Source: Thiobacillus sp. 65-29 (GTDB taxonomy: Bacteria > Pseudomonadota > Gammaproteobacteria > Burkholderiales > Thiobacillaceae). From it: 64,000 nucleotides of DNA. Every line of letters starts with the position of its first letter. The stretch's first letter is position 1. A program made the position numbers and the translations under genes. Below the pieces are notes generated by a model. It did no database searches, was not told where the DNA came from, and saw only the letters and a program-made list of their open reading frames with translations. Where the stretch lies: contig MKWN01000028.1 in assembly GCA_001899775.1 (NCBI GenBank), positions 15,612 to 79,611 on the forward strand, written 5' to 3'. This document shows, piece after piece, positions 44,679-59,423 of the stretch.

Positions 44679-44867
44679 GTGAGCGGTGAGCGGTGAGCGG
44701 TGAGCGGTGAGCGGTGAGCGGTGAGCGGTGAGCGGTGAGCGGTAAGCGGTGAGCGGTAAGCGGTGAGCGGTGAGCGGTGAGCGGTGAGCGGTGAGCGGTG
44801 AGCGGTGAGCGGTGAGCGGTGAGCGGTGAGCGGTAAGCGGTAAGCGGCAAGCGGCAAGCGGTGAGCG
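44679..44867. repeat. Tandem array of 27 heptamers G(T/C)(G/A)AGCG
   Basis: 189 bp: 21 x GTGAGCG, 4 x GTAAGCG, 2 x GCAAGCG, counted in phase from 44679. Confidence 0.97.
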
Positions 44868-44879
44868 ATGAGGCTACCT

Positions 44880-44907
44880 GCTCACCGCTTGCCGCTTACC
44901 GCTTACC
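44880..44907. repeat. Four inverted heptamer units able to pair with the array
   Basis: GCTCACC GCTTGCC GCTTACC GCTTACC is the reverse complement of the array units; about 12-nt loop; 2 nt from the atpD stop. Confidence 0.9.
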
Positions 44908-44909
44908 CT

Positions 44910-46343
<1,434 letters not shown>

Positions 46344-47216
46344 TCAGACCGCCGCCGCGCCGGCGACGATCTCCGAGAGCTCCTTGGTGATCGCGGCCTG
46401 GCGCGTCTTGTTGTAGATGAGCTTCAATTCGCCGATGACGTTCTTGGCGTTGTCGGACGCCGCCTTCATCGCCACCATGCGCGCCGACTGTTCGCACGCG
46501 ATGTTCTCGGCGACGGCCTGGTACACCAGTGACTCGATGTAGCGCTTCAGCATGGCGTCGACCACCGGCTGCGCGTCGGGCTCGTAGATGTAGTCCCAGT
46601 GCGTCCTCAGGCTGGCCTCGTCCTCGCTTGCGAGCTTCGCCAGCGGCAGCAGCTGCGTCAGCGTCGGCTCCTGCTTCATGGTGTTCACGAAACGGTTGTA
46701 GACGATGAAGAGCGCGTCGATGCGGCCCTCCATGTAGGCGTCGAGCATGATCTTGACCGGGCCGATCAGCGTCTCGAGGCGCGGCGTGTCGCCAATGCCG
46801 GTGAGCTGCGACACCACGTTGGCGCCGAGTCGCTGCATGAAGCCCAGGCCCTTGTTGCCGATGGCCGTGACGTCCACTTCGACACCGGCGGCCTTCCACT
46901 GCTTCAACTGGGTCATCACCAGACGCAGCGCGTTGGTGTTGAGGCCGCCGCACAGGCCCTTGTCCGAGGTGACGATAATGAGGCCCACACGACGCACGTT
47001 CTCGCGTGCAATCACGAAGGGGTGTTTGTACTCCGTGTGCGCATACGCCAGGTGCGTCGCCACGTTGGCGATCTTCTCGGCATAGGGGCGTGCCGCCTTC
47101 ATGCGCTCCTGCGCGCGGCGCATCTTGGACGCCGCGACCATTTCCATGGCCTTGGTGATCTTGCGCGTGTTTTCCACGCTCTTGATCTGGGTCCGTATCT
47201 CTTTTCCGGCTGCCAT
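46344..47216 (-). CDS. atpG: ATP synthase F1 gamma subunit
   Basis: [29 protein letters not shown]. Confidence 0.98.
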   Translation of the reverse strand: MAAGKEIRTQIKSVENTRKITKAMEMVAASKMRRAQERMKAARPYAEKIANVATHLAYAHTEYKHPFVIARENVRRVGLIIVTSDKGLCGGLNTNALRLVMTQLKQWKAAGVEVDVTAIGNKGLGFMQRLGANVVSQLTGIGDTPRLETLIGPVKIMLDAYMEGRIDALFIVYNRFVNTMKQEPTLTQLLPLAKLASEDEASLRTHWDYIYEPDAQPVVDAMLKRYIESLVYQAVAENIACEQSARMVAMKAASDNAKNVIGELKLIYNKTRQAAITKELSEIVAGAAAV

Positions 47217-47235
47217 GCTGGCTCCTCGGGGCGCC

Positions 47236-48777
<1,542 letters not shown>

Positions 48778-48835
48778 GTCTGTTCTCCGAACCGTGAGGT
48801 TCCGATAAATATGGGTTGGGTGCGCCCGACGCCGT

Positions 48836-49372
48836 TCAGCCCTGCAGGGCGAAAGCCATGCGCTGCAGCCGCCCTTTCACCGAGCCGTCCATCACCTGGT
48901 CGCCGATGGCGATCACGACACCGCCGATCAGTTCGGCGTCGACCGCCACCCGGGCGTTGACCACGCGCTGAAATTTCGCCTTGAGCGCACCGACCAGCTC
49001 GTCGACCTGTTGCGGCGTGAGCGGCTGCGCGCTGGTGATCGTGGCTTCGAGCGTGCCTTCGGCCTCCGCCCGCAGCGCCTCGAAGCGGGCCGCGATTTCC
49101 GGCAGCAGCGCGAGGCGGTCGTTGTCCGCCAGCACCTGCACGAAGTTGGCGCCGCGCTCGCCGAGATCGCTGCCGGCCACCTCGACGATGAGCGCGGCAG
49201 CACGCGCCGCATCCACCGCCGGATCGGCGATCAGGCGCGCCATCTGCGGGTCGGCCGCGATGGCGGCAAGCGCCGCCAGCCGCTGCGACCAGCCTGCCAG
49301 GTCGCCGTCGCCCTGCGCCAGGCGGAACACCGCCTCGGCATAGGGGCGCGCGAGGGTAGACAGTTCGCTCAT
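48836..49372 (-). CDS. atpH: ATP synthase delta subunit
   Basis: [22 protein letters not shown]. Confidence 0.96.
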   Translation of the reverse strand: MSELSTLARPYAEAVFRLAQGDGDLAGWSQRLAALAAIAADPQMARLIADPAVDAARAAALIVEVAGSDLGERGANFVQVLADNDRLALLPEIAARFEALRAEAEGTLEATITSAQPLTPQQVDELVGALKAKFQRVVNARVAVDAELIGGVVIAIGDQVMDGSVKGRLQRMAFALQG

Positions 49373-49375
49373 GGC

Positions 49376-49846
49376 TTACAGCTCGGCTTTCAGCTGACTC
49401 AGCAGGTCGGCATGGGTCTTCGCATCGACCTCGCGGCGCAGGATCTTTTCCGCGCCGGCCACCGCCAGTGCAGCCACCTGTTCGCGCAGCGCCTCGCGCG
49501 CGCGGTTGGTTTCCTGCACGATGTTGCCCTGGGCCGCCGCGAGTTGCCGGTCGCCTTCTTCCCTGGCAGCCTGCTTGGCTTCCTCGATGATCTGCGCAGC
49601 GCGTTTCTCGGCCTGCCCGATCACCTCGGCGGCCTGCGCCTTGGCGTCGCGCAGATGGTCGCCGGCCTTGCGCGAGGCCAGTTCCAGTTCGTTGCGGCCA
49701 CGATCGGCCATCGCCAGGCCGTCGGCAATCTGTTTCCTGCGCGCTTCCAGCGCGTTCACGATCGGCGGCCACACGAACTTCATGCAGAACCACACGAAGA
49801 TCACGAAGGTGATGGACTGGCCGATCAAAGTTGCGTTGAAGTTCAT
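49376..49846 (-). CDS. atpF: ATP synthase F0 b subunit
   Basis: [17 protein letters not shown], coiled coil. Confidence 0.97.
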   Translation of the reverse strand: MNFNATLIGQSITFVIFVWFCMKFVWPPIVNALEARRKQIADGLAMADRGRNELELASRKAGDHLRDAKAQAAEVIGQAEKRAAQIIEEAKQAAREEGDRQLAAAQGNIVQETNRAREALREQVAALAVAGAEKILRREVDAKTHADLLSQLKAEL

Positions 49847-49899
49847 TTCCGCACCTTTACGTATCGGGGGTTAGAGGGCATTCCACAACAACCCGCGAC

Positions 49900-51089
<1,190 letters not shown>

Positions 51090-51155
51090 TCAGAAGTAGG
51101 TTTTGAATGGATACCCCGACACCCATTCAGAACCGACCTGTCATCATCCTGCACA

Positions 51156-51524
51156 TCACCTGCGACCCATCGCCGTGAGCCAGCCGAACTGCGCCAGCAC
51201 AAGACCCAGCAGCACCGGCAGCGGCGGCAAGGCCAGCAACGCGAGCCCTGCGTACAACAGCACGCCCAGCAGCAGCAGGCGCTCGACGCCTGCGCGAATG
51301 AAAAGCCGCAACAGGCGATGCTGATCCCATTCCGGGTGGCGCAACGACTGCCGTTCGCGCCACACCAGCACCAGCGTCACCGCCAGGGCTGCCAGGGCGC
51401 CATACAGCACGCCCGCGCCGACCCCCGCACCCGCGCTGACGCCGCCGATCGCCGCCGCGACAGGCGCAAGCGCCGCTTGCGCGCGCGCCACCCGACGCAC
51501 AGCGGTGGGAGGGCCAAAAAACAT
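51156..51524 (-). CDS. atpI: ATP synthase protein I
   Basis: Small hydrophobic protein, first gene before atpB. Confidence 0.75.
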   Translation of the reverse strand: MFFGPPTAVRRVARAQAALAPVAAAIGGVSAGAGVGAGVLYGALAALAVTLVLVWRERQSLRHPEWDQHRLLRLFIRAGVERLLLLGVLLYAGLALLALPPLPVLLGLVLAQFGWLTAMGRR

Positions 51525-51533
51525 TAGCCTTGG

Positions 51534-51563
51534 ATTATATAAAAATTAGAACGATCTATGCAA
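51534..51563 (-). promoter_or_regulatory. Putative sigma70 promoter of the atp operon
   Basis: Minus strand TTGCAT-N18-TATAAT in an AT-rich patch; palindrome CATCAAG-N3-CTTGATG at 51565-51581 just upstream. Confidence 0.6.
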
Positions 51564-51638
51564 TCATCAAGTTGCTTGATGGTGAATTTCAGCATGTACT
51601 GATGTTGCGCGGCGCAGACGGTGCACCGACGCCGCCGT

Positions 51639-52490
51639 TCAAAGACGGATGTCGAGGCGCGACAACAGGCCTTCGAGTTCCTCCGCGCTGGCGAAGTTCA
51701 GGGTGAGACGGCCGCCGCCGGTACGCGTGGTCGTCAAGTGCGCAGTCATGCCGAGCGCGTCGGAGAGGGCTTCCTCCAGGCGCAGGATGTCGCGCGACAC
51801 CGGCTTCTTCTTCGCCGCCGCCGCGGGGTCCTTCAGCCGCGCGACGCGGCGTTCGACCTCGCGCACCGACAGGCCACGCGTTTCGACCTCGTGCGCGAGT
51901 TCGCGCTGCTGCGCGGCCGCAAGCGGCAACAGCGCGCGCGCATGGCCCATTTCGATGAGGCCGGCGGTGAGCATGTCCTGCACCGGGCGCGACAGGTTCA
52001 GCAGGCGCAACAGGTTGGACACCGCCGCGCGCGACTTGCCGACCGCCTGCGCCACCGCATCGTGGGTCATGCCGAATTCGTGAATCAGGCGTTGCAGGCC
52101 GTGCGCCTCGTCGATGGCGTTCAAATCCTCGCGCTGGATGTTCTCGATGAGCGCCATCGCCGCCACCGCGTCGTCGGCGACTTCGCGCAGCAGCACCGGC
52201 ACTTCGCCAAGCCCCGCCAGTTGCGCCGCGCGCCAGCGCCGTTCGCCGGCGATGATCTCGTAGCCGCCGGCGACCTCGCGTGCGAGAATCGGCTGCATCA
52301 GCCCCTGCGCGCGGATCGAGTCGGCGAGTTCCTGCAGCGATTCGCTGTCCATCTGGGTGCGCGGCTGGTACTTGCCGGGCGCCAGTTGCGACACCGCCAT
52401 CATGCGCAGCTCGCCCTGCGGCGGCGCGGCGCTGTCCTCGCCGGACAGCAGCGCATCGAGCCCGCGTCCAAGTCCCTTAGGTTTGGCCAT
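51639..52490 (-). CDS. parB: Chromosome partitioning protein ParB
   Basis: GLGRGLDALL, YQPR, IIAGERRWRA, ENIQREDLN, HTH. Confidence 0.97.
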   Translation of the reverse strand: MAKPKGLGRGLDALLSGEDSAAPPQGELRMMAVSQLAPGKYQPRTQMDSESLQELADSIRAQGLMQPILAREVAGGYEIIAGERRWRAAQLAGLGEVPVLLREVADDAVAAMALIENIQREDLNAIDEAHGLQRLIHEFGMTHDAVAQAVGKSRAAVSNLLRLLNLSRPVQDMLTAGLIEMGHARALLPLAAAQQRELAHEVETRGLSVREVERRVARLKDPAAAAKKKPVSRDILRLEEALSDALGMTAHLTTTRTGGGRLTLNFASAEELEGLLSRLDIRL

Positions 52491-53274
52491 GTCGTGTCTC
52501 CCTTGCAGTGAGGCCGGCGCGTTTCAGCGTTTCCTCGGCCAGATCCAGATAGGCTTTCGCGCCCTTGCACTGGCGGTCGTAGGCCAGCACCGGCAGGCCG
52601 TGGCTGGGCGCCTCGGCGAGCCGCACGTTGCGCGGAATCACCGTGTCGTACACCTTGTCGCCGAAATGCGTCTTCAATTCGTCCGACACCTGCTGCGCCA
52701 GCGTGCTGCGCGGGTCGAACATCACGCGCAGCAGGCCCTCGATCTGGATATTGGGATTGAGCCGCTGCTTGACCTTCCTGATGGTGGCGACGAGGTCGGT
52801 TAGCCCTTCCAGCGCGTAATACTCGCACTGCATGGGGATCAGTACCGATTGCGCCGCGGCGAAGGCGTTGACGGTCAAAAGATTGAGCGTCGGCGGGCAG
52901 TCCATGAGAATGAAATCGTATTCGTCCGCCACCTGCGCGAGCGCCACCTTCAGGCGCAGGTCGCGCTGCTCCAGGTTGACGAGGTCGATTTCCGCACCGG
53001 CGAGCTCGCGGTTGGCGGGAATGACGTCGAAATGCCCCGGCGCCGAACGCATGCGCGCATCGCGCACGCTCACCTGGTTGAGCAGGATCTGGTACACCGT
53101 CGGCAGCGCGGTGCGCTTCTGGATGCCCGCGCCCATGGTCGCGTTGCCCTGCGGATCGAGATCGGCGAGCAGCACGCGCTGGCCCAGTTCGGCAAGCGAA
53201 GCAGCCAGGTTCACCGCGGTGGTCGTCTTGCCGACGCCGCCCTTTTGGTTGGCGATAGCGATGATTTTCGTCAT
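52477..53274 (-). CDS. parA: Chromosome partitioning ATPase ParA/Soj
   Basis: [36 protein letters not shown]. Confidence 0.97.
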   Translation of the reverse strand: MTKIIAIANQKGGVGKTTTAVNLAASLAELGQRVLLADLDPQGNATMGAGIQKRTALPTVYQILLNQVSVRDARMRSAPGHFDVIPANRELAGAEIDLVNLEQRDLRLKVALAQVADEYDFILMDCPPTLNLLTVNAFAAAQSVLIPMQCEYYALEGLTDLVATIRKVKQRLNPNIQIEGLLRVMFDPRSTLAQQVSDELKTHFGDKVYDTVIPRNVRLAEAPSHGLPVLAYDRQCKGAKAYLDLAEETLKRAGLTARETRHGQT

Positions 53275-53897
53275 GCAGCGGGCTCCAGAACGATCAGGTG
53301 ACGGTGCGCTTCGAGCCCCGGCACGACGAGCGCGTGGTCAGCGCTCACTTTCACGCCGGGCGGCAGCAGAGCGACCTCTTCGTGCGGATACAGACCCTTC
53401 ATTGCCAGCCATCGGCCGCCCGGCTTCAGCAGATGGCGGGTCAGCGTGACGAATTCCCTGAGGTCGGCAAACGCGCGCGAGGTGATGAGGTCGAACGGGG
53501 CTTCCGGCTTATGGTCCTCGACACGCCCTGTCACTACGCTCACATTGGCGAGCCCCAATTCCGCCTTGGCCTGAAGGAGAAAAGCGGTCTTCTTGGCGAT
53601 GCTGTCGATCAGCGTCACCTGCAGGGCGGGGCGCGCGATGGCAAGGGGAATTCCCGGCAGGCCGCCGCCGCTGCCGACATCAAGCAGGGTTTCACCCTGA
53701 AGATAGGGCAGCACCGCCAGCGAATCGAGCAGATGATGGCTTACCATGCGCTCGACGTCGCGCACCGCGGTGAGGTTGTACACGCGGTTCCATTTGTCGA
53801 GCAGCACGAGATAGGCGAGGAGCTTCTCCTCGGCGCCCGCGGGCAAGGCGAGGTCCAGGGCGGCGATCCCCGCCGCGAGTTGCGGGTCGGGATTCAT
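53271..53897 (-). CDS. rsmG: 16S rRNA m7G527 methyltransferase
   Basis: [28 protein letters not shown]. Confidence 0.96.
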   Translation of the reverse strand: MNPDPQLAAGIAALDLALPAGAEEKLLAYLVLLDKWNRVYNLTAVRDVERMVSHHLLDSLAVLPYLQGETLLDVGSGGGLPGIPLAIARPALQVTLIDSIAKKTAFLLQAKAELGLANVSVVTGRVEDHKPEAPFDLITSRAFADLREFVTLTRHLLKPGGRWLAMKGLYPHEEVALLPPGVKVSADHALVVPGLEAHRHLIVLEPAA

Positions 53898-55792
53898 GCG
53901 CTGCGCTTTTCCTGTTCCGGGTTGAAGCCGCGTCGCGCGTAGATCGACAGCACCGCAATCGCCGCCGGGGTGATGCCCTGCATGCGCGCGGCCTGGCCGA
54001 GGGTTTCCGGGCGCGCTTTCTGCAGGCGCTGGCGCACTTCCATCGACAGTGCGCTCAACTGCATGTAGTCGAGATCGGGCGGCAGGCGCAGGGTTTCCTG
54101 TTCGCGCTGCCGCTCGATCTCCTCATTCTGGCGCTCGATATAGCCCTGATATTTCGCGGCGATTTCCACCTGTTCGGCGACCTGCGCATCGGCAACGCCA
54201 ACCCCGCCTCCGGGCAGCGCGAGAATCCGTGCATAATCCAGATGCGGCCGGCGCAGCAGATCGAACAGGCTGTACTCGCGCTCGATCGGCTGGCCGATGA
54301 GACGCGTGGCCTCGGCAGCCGGCAGGATGGCCGGGTTGACCCAGGTCGACTTCAGGCGTTCGGTTTCACGTGAAACCGCGTCGCGCTTGCGGTTGAATGC
54401 CTCCCAGCGCGTGTCGTCGACCACACCGAGCGTGCGCCCGGCTTCGGTCAGGCGCATGTCGGCGTTGTCCTCGCGCAGTTGCAGGCGGTATTCGGCGCGG
54501 CTGGTGAACATGCGGTAGGGTTCCGACACGCCGCGCGTGACGAGGTCGTCGACCAGCACGCCGAGATACGCTTCATGGCGCCCGGGGCTCCAGGCGTCGC
54601 GCTCCTGTACCTGCAAGGCGGCGTTGATGCCGGCGAGCAGCCCTTGCGCGGCGGCCTCTTCGTAGCCGGTGGTGCCGTTGATCTGGCCGGCGAAGAACAA
54701 TCCGGCGATCGACTTGGTTTCCAGCGAAGCCTTCAGGTTGCGCGGGTCGTAGTAGTCGTATTCGATGGCGTAGCCGGGGCGCAGGATGTAGGCGCGCTCC
54801 AGCCCCGGAATCGAGCGTACCACGGCGAGCTGCACGTCGAAGGGCAGCGAGGTCGAGATGCCGTTGGGGTAGATCTCGTGGGTATCCAGTCCCTCGGGTT
54901 CGAGGAAGATCTGATGCGAGGCCTTGTCGGCGAAGCGCACGACCTTGTCCTCGATCGACGGACAATAGCGCGGCCCGACGCCCTCGATGACTCCGGTGTA
55001 CATGGGCGAGCGGTCCAGCCCCGCGCGGATGAGCGCATGCGTCTCGGCCGTGGTGTGGGTGATCCAGCACGGACGCTGCGCGGGGTGCAACGCCGCGTCA
55101 CCCATGAAGGAAAACACCGGCGCGGGGTCGTCGCCCGGCTGCGCCTGGGTGCGCCCGTAGTCGATGCTGCGCCCGTCGATGCGCGGCGGGGTGCCGGTCT
55201 TCAGCCGCCCGACGGGCAGGTTCAGTTCGCGCAGGCGCGCGGCGAGCGACACCGCGGGCGGATCGCCCATGCGCCCGGCCTGGAAGTTTTCCAGCCCGAC
55301 GTGCACCCGGCCGGCGAGGAAGGTGCCCGCGGTCAGCACCACCGCGCGCGCGGAAAACACGATGCCGAGTTGCGTCCTCACCCCGACGACGCGCTCGCCT
55401 TGCAGCAGCAGGTCGTCGACCGCCTGCTGGAAGATCGTGAGGTGTTGCTGGTTTTCCAGGCGGTGGCGGATCGCCGCCTTGTACAGCGCGCGGTCGGCCT
55501 GGGCGCGGGTGGCGCGCACCGCCGGACCCTTGGACGAATTGAGCGTGCGGAACTGGATGCCGGCTTCGTCCGTCACCAGCGCCATCGCCCCGCCCAGCGC
55601 ATCGACCTCCTTCACCAGATGCCCCTTGCCGATGCCGCCGATCGACGGATTGCACGACATCGCGCCGAGCGTGTCGATGTTGTGCGTCAGCAGCAGCGTG
55701 CGCGCACCCATGCGCGCGGCGGCGAGCGCGGCTTCGGTGCCGGCGTGGCCGCCACCGACGACGATGACATCGAAGGACTCGGGGAAATTCAT
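53894..55792 (-). CDS. mnmG: tRNA uridine-5-carboxymethylaminomethyl modification enzyme (GidA)
   Basis: [41 protein letters not shown]. Confidence 0.98.
   Translation of the reverse strand: MNFPESFDVIVVGGGHAGTEAALAAARMGARTLLLTHNIDTLGAMSCNPSIGGIGKGHLVKEVDALGGAMALVTDEAGIQFRTLNSSKGPAVRATRAQADRALYKAAIRHRLENQQHLTIFQQAVDDLLLQGERVVGVRTQLGIVFSARAVVLTAGTFLAGRVHVGLENFQAGRMGDPPAVSLAARLRELNLPVGRLKTGTPPRIDGRSIDYGRTQAQPGDDPAPVFSFMGDAALHPAQRPCWITHTTAETHALIRAGLDRSPMYTGVIEGVGPRYCPSIEDKVVRFADKASHQIFLEPEGLDTHEIYPNGISTSLPFDVQLAVVRSIPGLERAYILRPGYAIEYDYYDPRNLKASLETKSIAGLFFAGQINGTTGYEEAAAQGLLAGINAALQVQERDAWSPGRHEAYLGVLVDDLVTRGVSEPYRMFTSRAEYRLQLREDNADMRLTEAGRTLGVVDDTRWEAFNRKRDAVSRETERLKSTWVNPAILPAAEATRLIGQPIEREYSLFDLLRRPHLDYARILALPGGGVGVADAQVAEQVEIAAKYQGYIERQNEEIERQREQETLRLPPDLDYMQLSALSMEVRQRLQKARPETLGQAARMQGITPAAIAVLSIYARRGFNPEQEKRSA
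54362..54377. other. parS site (inside mnmG)
   Basis: GGTTTCACGTGAAACC palindrome. Confidence 0.85.
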
Positions 55793-55819
55793 GGCGGCAT
55801 TCTACCCGCTCGTGCGCGG

Positions 55820-55835
55820 TGTTTCACGTGAAACG
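55820..55835. other. parS site (mnmG promoter region)
   Basis: TGTTTCACGTGAAACG. Confidence 0.88.
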
Positions 55836-55837
55836 GC

Positions 55838-57739
55838 TCAGGCCCCCGCCGCCTGCCGGGTTTCCAGCGTCTCCCAGCGCGCCAGCGCGTCGAGGAGTTC
55901 AGCCTCGATGGCTTCCGTGCGAGCGTGCAGCGCCGTCGCCGCCTGCGGGTCGCGCTGGTACAAGGCGGGGTCGGCGAGCTGTTCCGCGATCTGCGCCTGC
56001 TCGGCCTCCAGTGCCTCGATGCGTACCGGCAGCGCCTCCAGTTCGCGTGCCTCCTTGTAGCTCAGGCCCGCCTTCGGCGTCGACGCCCGCGCGGGCGCCG
56101 GCTTCCCCGCCGTTTTCGCCGCGGGCGTCGCCGCTTCCGCCTCCCGTTGCGCGCGCCACGCCAGCCAGTCGGCATAACCGCCGACGACCTCGGTCAGCCG
56201 CCCCTCCCCCTCGAACACGATCGACTGGGTGACGACGTTGTCGAGAAAGGCGCGGTCGTGCGATACGAGGATCACCGTGCCGGGGTAGTCCTGCAGCAAC
56301 TGCTCCAGCAGTTCGAGCGTGTCGATGTCCAGATCGTTGGTCGGCTCGTCCAGCACCAGCAGGTTGGCGGGCCGCGCGAACAGGCGCGCGAGCAGCAGCC
56401 GGTTGCGCTCGCCCCCTGAGAGCGCCGCGACCTTGGCGCGCGCGCGTTCGGCGGGAAAAAGGAATTCTTCCAGATAGCTGATGACGTGCTTCTTCTGCCC
56501 GCCGATCTCGACGTAATCGGAGCCCGGCGCGATGGTGTCGATCAGCGTCGCGCTGTCGTCGAGCTGATTGCGGAGCTGGTCGAAATAGGCGACCTCGAGC
56601 CTGGTGCCCTGCTTGATCAAGCCCGCCCGCGGCTCGAGCTCGCCGAGGATGAGACGGATCAGCGTGGTCTTGCCGCAACCGTTGGGGCCCAGGAGGCCCA
56701 GCTTGTCGCCGCGCAGGATGGTGGTGGAAAAGTCGCGGATCAATACGCGATCGCCAAAACCGTAGCTGACATGATCCAGTTCGGCGACCACCTTGCCGGA
56801 ACGCTCGCCGGCGTCGAGCTGGAAACCGACCTGCCCCTGATGCGCGATACGCGCCTCGCGGGTACGGCGCAAGGCCTCCAGCCGGCGCACCCGGCCCTCG
56901 TTGCGCGTGCGGCGCGCCTCGACCCCCTTGCGGATCCACGCTTCCTCCTGGCGCCAGAACTTGTCGAACTTGCGTGCGTGCACCGCCTCGACTTCGAGCT
57001 GCTCGGCCTTCTTGCTTTGATAGGCGCTGAAGTTGCCCTGATATTCGCGCAACACGCCGCGATCGAGCTCGATGATGCGATTGGCGACATTATCGAGGAA
57101 GCGCCGGTCGTGGGTGATGAACACCAGCGCGCCGCGGTAATCATTGAGCAGCGCTTCCAGCCATTCGATGGCGGAAAAATCGAGATGGTTGGTCGGCTCG
57201 TCGAGCAGCAGCAGTTCCGGCTCGGCGACGAGCGCGCGCGCCAGCGCGACCCGCTTCTTCAGTCCGCCCGACAGGGTGTCGACCGCCCGGTCGGCGTCCA
57301 GGTTCAGGCGTTGCAGCGTTTCCTCGACGCGGCTGTTGAGGCGCCAGGCGTCGGCCGCTTCCAGCTCGTGCGACAGACGCTCCAGCTCGGCAAGCGCCGC
57401 GGTATCGCCCTCCGCCACCGCATGCGCCGCGGCATGGTAGTCGGCCAGCAGGCGCTGCGCCGCCCCGACCCCCTCGGCGACCGCCGCGAACACGCTGTGG
57501 CCCGGCTGGAACTGCGGTTCCTGCGGCACGTAGGCGAGCCGCAGGCCGGGCGCGCGCCATACCTCGCCGGCGTCCGGCTGCGCCACGCCGGCGATGATCT
57601 TCAGCAGGCTCGACTTGCCGGTGCCGTTGCGGCCGATCAGCCCGATGCGCTCGCCCGGCTCGATCACCAGGGAAGCGCCGTCGAGCAGCGGATGGTGGCC
57701 GTAGGCGAGTTCGAGACGGTCGAGGTTGAGGATCGGCAT
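55838..57739 (-). CDS. uup: ABC-F family ATPase (Uup-like)
   Basis: Two ABC cassettes (GRNGTGKS, LSGGLKK, LLDEPTNHLD; GPNGCGKT, LSGGERNR, LDEPTNDLD); no TM; C-terminal coiled coil. Confidence 0.85.
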   Translation of the reverse strand: MPILNLDRLELAYGHHPLLDGASLVIEPGERIGLIGRNGTGKSSLLKIIAGVAQPDAGEVWRAPGLRLAYVPQEPQFQPGHSVFAAVAEGVGAAQRLLADYHAAAHAVAEGDTAALAELERLSHELEAADAWRLNSRVEETLQRLNLDADRAVDTLSGGLKKRVALARALVAEPELLLLDEPTNHLDFSAIEWLEALLNDYRGALVFITHDRRFLDNVANRIIELDRGVLREYQGNFSAYQSKKAEQLEVEAVHARKFDKFWRQEEAWIRKGVEARRTRNEGRVRRLEALRRTREARIAHQGQVGFQLDAGERSGKVVAELDHVSYGFGDRVLIRDFSTTILRGDKLGLLGPNGCGKTTLIRLILGELEPRAGLIKQGTRLEVAYFDQLRNQLDDSATLIDTIAPGSDYVEIGGQKKHVISYLEEFLFPAERARAKVAALSGGERNRLLLARLFARPANLLVLDEPTNDLDIDTLELLEQLLQDYPGTVILVSHDRAFLDNVVTQSIVFEGEGRLTEVVGGYADWLAWRAQREAEAATPAAKTAGKPAPARASTPKAGLSYKEARELEALPVRIEALEAEQAQIAEQLADPALYQRDPQAATALHARTEAIEAELLDALARWETLETRQAAGA

Positions 57740-57745
57740 GGCGAG

Positions 57746-57794
57746 GCTAGGGGCTGGAGGTTAGCGGTAAGCGGTGAGCGGTGAGCGGTTAAGG
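57746..57794. repeat. Short degenerate copy of the same heptamer family
   Basis: GCTAGGG GCTGGAG GTTAGCG GTAAGCG GTGAGCG GTGAGCG GTTAAGG in 7-bp phase, between the pxpA stop and uup start. Confidence 0.8.
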
Positions 57795-57795
57795 G

Positions 57796-58515
57796 TCAAG
57801 GTAAGCATGCGGAGTTCAGCGCGGCGTGGACGGCGCGGGCGATGTGCAGCGCGCCGGCCGTGTCGCCGTGCAGGCACAGGGTGTCGGCGGCGATGCTCAC
57901 GCCACCGGCCGGCTGGGTGTCCACTGGCTGGCGCCTCGCGAGGCGCAGCGCCTGGGCCGCAGCCGCGGCGGGATCGGTGAGCACGGCACCCGGTGTTTCA
58001 CGTGAAACCAGCCGGCCGTCGGGTCGATAGCGCCGGTCGGCGAAGCCCTCCTCGAGCACGGCGAGGCCGGCGGCGCGCCCGGCCGCCGGCAGCTGCGAGC
58101 CGGCAAGGCCGATCAGGATCAGGCTGGCATCGACTGCGGCGACCGCGTGCGCGATCGCCTGCGCCACCTCACCGTCTGTCGCTGCGACATTGTACAGCGC
58201 CCCGTGCGGCTTCACATGGGCCAGGCGCATTCCCAGCCGCGCCGCCGCCTCGGCGAGCGCTTCGGTCTGTTGCCTCACCCAGCCGGCAATTTCGTCGGCA
58301 CTCGCCACCAGCGCGCGGCGGCCGAAATGCGCGCGGTCGGGATAAGCGGGGTGCGCGCCCGCCGCCACCCCATATTCGGCAGCCAGGCGCAGCGCTGCGG
58401 CCATGCTCGCGGCATCGCCGGTGTGACCCCCGCAGGCAATGGACACCCGCCCCAGATAGGGCATGAGCGCCGCATCGTCACAGCCTTCGCCGATGTCGGC
58501 GTTGAGTTCGATCAT
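57796..58515 (-). CDS. pxpA: 5-oxoprolinase subunit A (LamB/YcsF)
   Basis: LNADIGEG, IACGGHTGD, HVKPHGALYN, EGFADRRY, LCLHGD. Confidence 0.92.
   Translation of the reverse strand: MIELNADIGEGCDDAALMPYLGRVSIACGGHTGDAASMAAALRLAAEYGVAAGAHPAYPDRAHFGRRALVASADEIAGWVRQQTEALAEAAARLGMRLAHVKPHGALYNVAATDGEVAQAIAHAVAAVDASLILIGLAGSQLPAAGRAAGLAVLEEGFADRRYRPDGRLVSRETPGAVLTDPAAAAAQALRLARRQPVDTQPAGGVSIAADTLCLHGDTAGALHIARAVHAALNSACLP
57994..58009. other. parS site (inside pxpA)
   Basis: TGTTTCACGTGAAACC. Confidence 0.85.
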
Positions 58516-59423
58516 CCCAGCTCCCGAATGTCCCATTCTTCCAGTGCCAGCTCCCGCGCGCCCTCCACCCCGATGGTCGCGAAGCGCACGACATCTCCCG
58601 GCCGCAGTTGCGCCAACCTTGGCCAGTCGGCGCCGATCACCGTGGCGATCGCCGGATAGCCGCCGGTCACCGGACCGTCCCAGCCCAGAATGATCGGCTG
58701 GCCGTCGGGCGGCACCTGGATCGCACCAGGCAGCACGCCCTGCGACGGCAGCTCGCCCCGCACATGGCTCGCGGCCGGCCCGCCCAGGCGCACGCCCCGT
58801 CGGTCCGACGCCGCCTCGACGCGATAGGCGCCGCCAAAGAACGCCGCCAGCCCCGCGTCGTCGAATTGCCCGGCCTGGGGCCCCGCCACCACCCGCAAGG
58901 GCGCCGTCGCGTCCCGCAGCGGCGGGCGTCCACGGCGCAGCCGTACCTCCCGCGCCGCCACGTCGAGCACCAGGTGATCACCCGTCCGCAATGCCCGCCC
59001 TGCATACCCGCCGAACGCACCGGGCAAAAAAGTACTGCGGCTGCCCAGCACGAGCGCCACCGCGACGCCACCCCGCACGGCGAGCCAGCAGCGACAGCCG
59101 TGGCGTGCATGGTCGAGGTGCAGGGTTTCCCCCGCCGCCAATAGCAGCGTCTCGTTCCACGCCACCGGCGCGCCGCTGCTGCGCCGCGCGGCGAAGGACG
59201 CCCCGGTGAGCGCGACCACCGCACCGCGCGGAAAACGCAGAATGGGGCCGCGCTGCACGATTTCCAGCCCCGCCGCGCCGGCGTCGTTGCCGACGAGCAG
59301 GTTGGCGGCGGCGAGTGCCTCCGGGTCGGCCGCCCCGCCTGCGGGAACGCCGAGCGCGCCCTGCCCCGGACGCCCGCGATCCATCACCAGGTCGCACAAT
59401 CCCGCTTGCAGGACTTCGATCAT
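58512..59423 (-). CDS. pxpC: 5-oxoprolinase subunit C
   Basis: [35 protein letters not shown]...TGGYP. Confidence 0.9.
   Translation of the reverse strand: MIEVLQAGLCDLVMDRGRPGQGALGVPAGGAADPEALAAANLLVGNDAGAAGLEIVQRGPILRFPRGAVVALTGASFAARRSSGAPVAWNETLLLAAGETLHLDHARHGCRCWLAVRGGVAVALVLGSRSTFLPGAFGGYAGRALRTGDHLVLDVAAREVRLRRGRPPLRDATAPLRVVAGPQAGQFDDAGLAAFFGGAYRVEAASDRRGVRLGGPAASHVRGELPSQGVLPGAIQVPPDGQPIILGWDGPVTGGYPAIATVIGADWPRLAQLRPGDVVRFATIGVEGARELALEEWDIRELG

Noticed and set aside
44679-44867. CRISPR array, or coding (LTAHRSP)n repeat protein (ORFs 44398..44850, 44669..44857)
   Set aside because: The 7-bp units have no spacers and there are no cas genes; the ORFs arise only because the heptamer lacks stops and they have no RBS or context.
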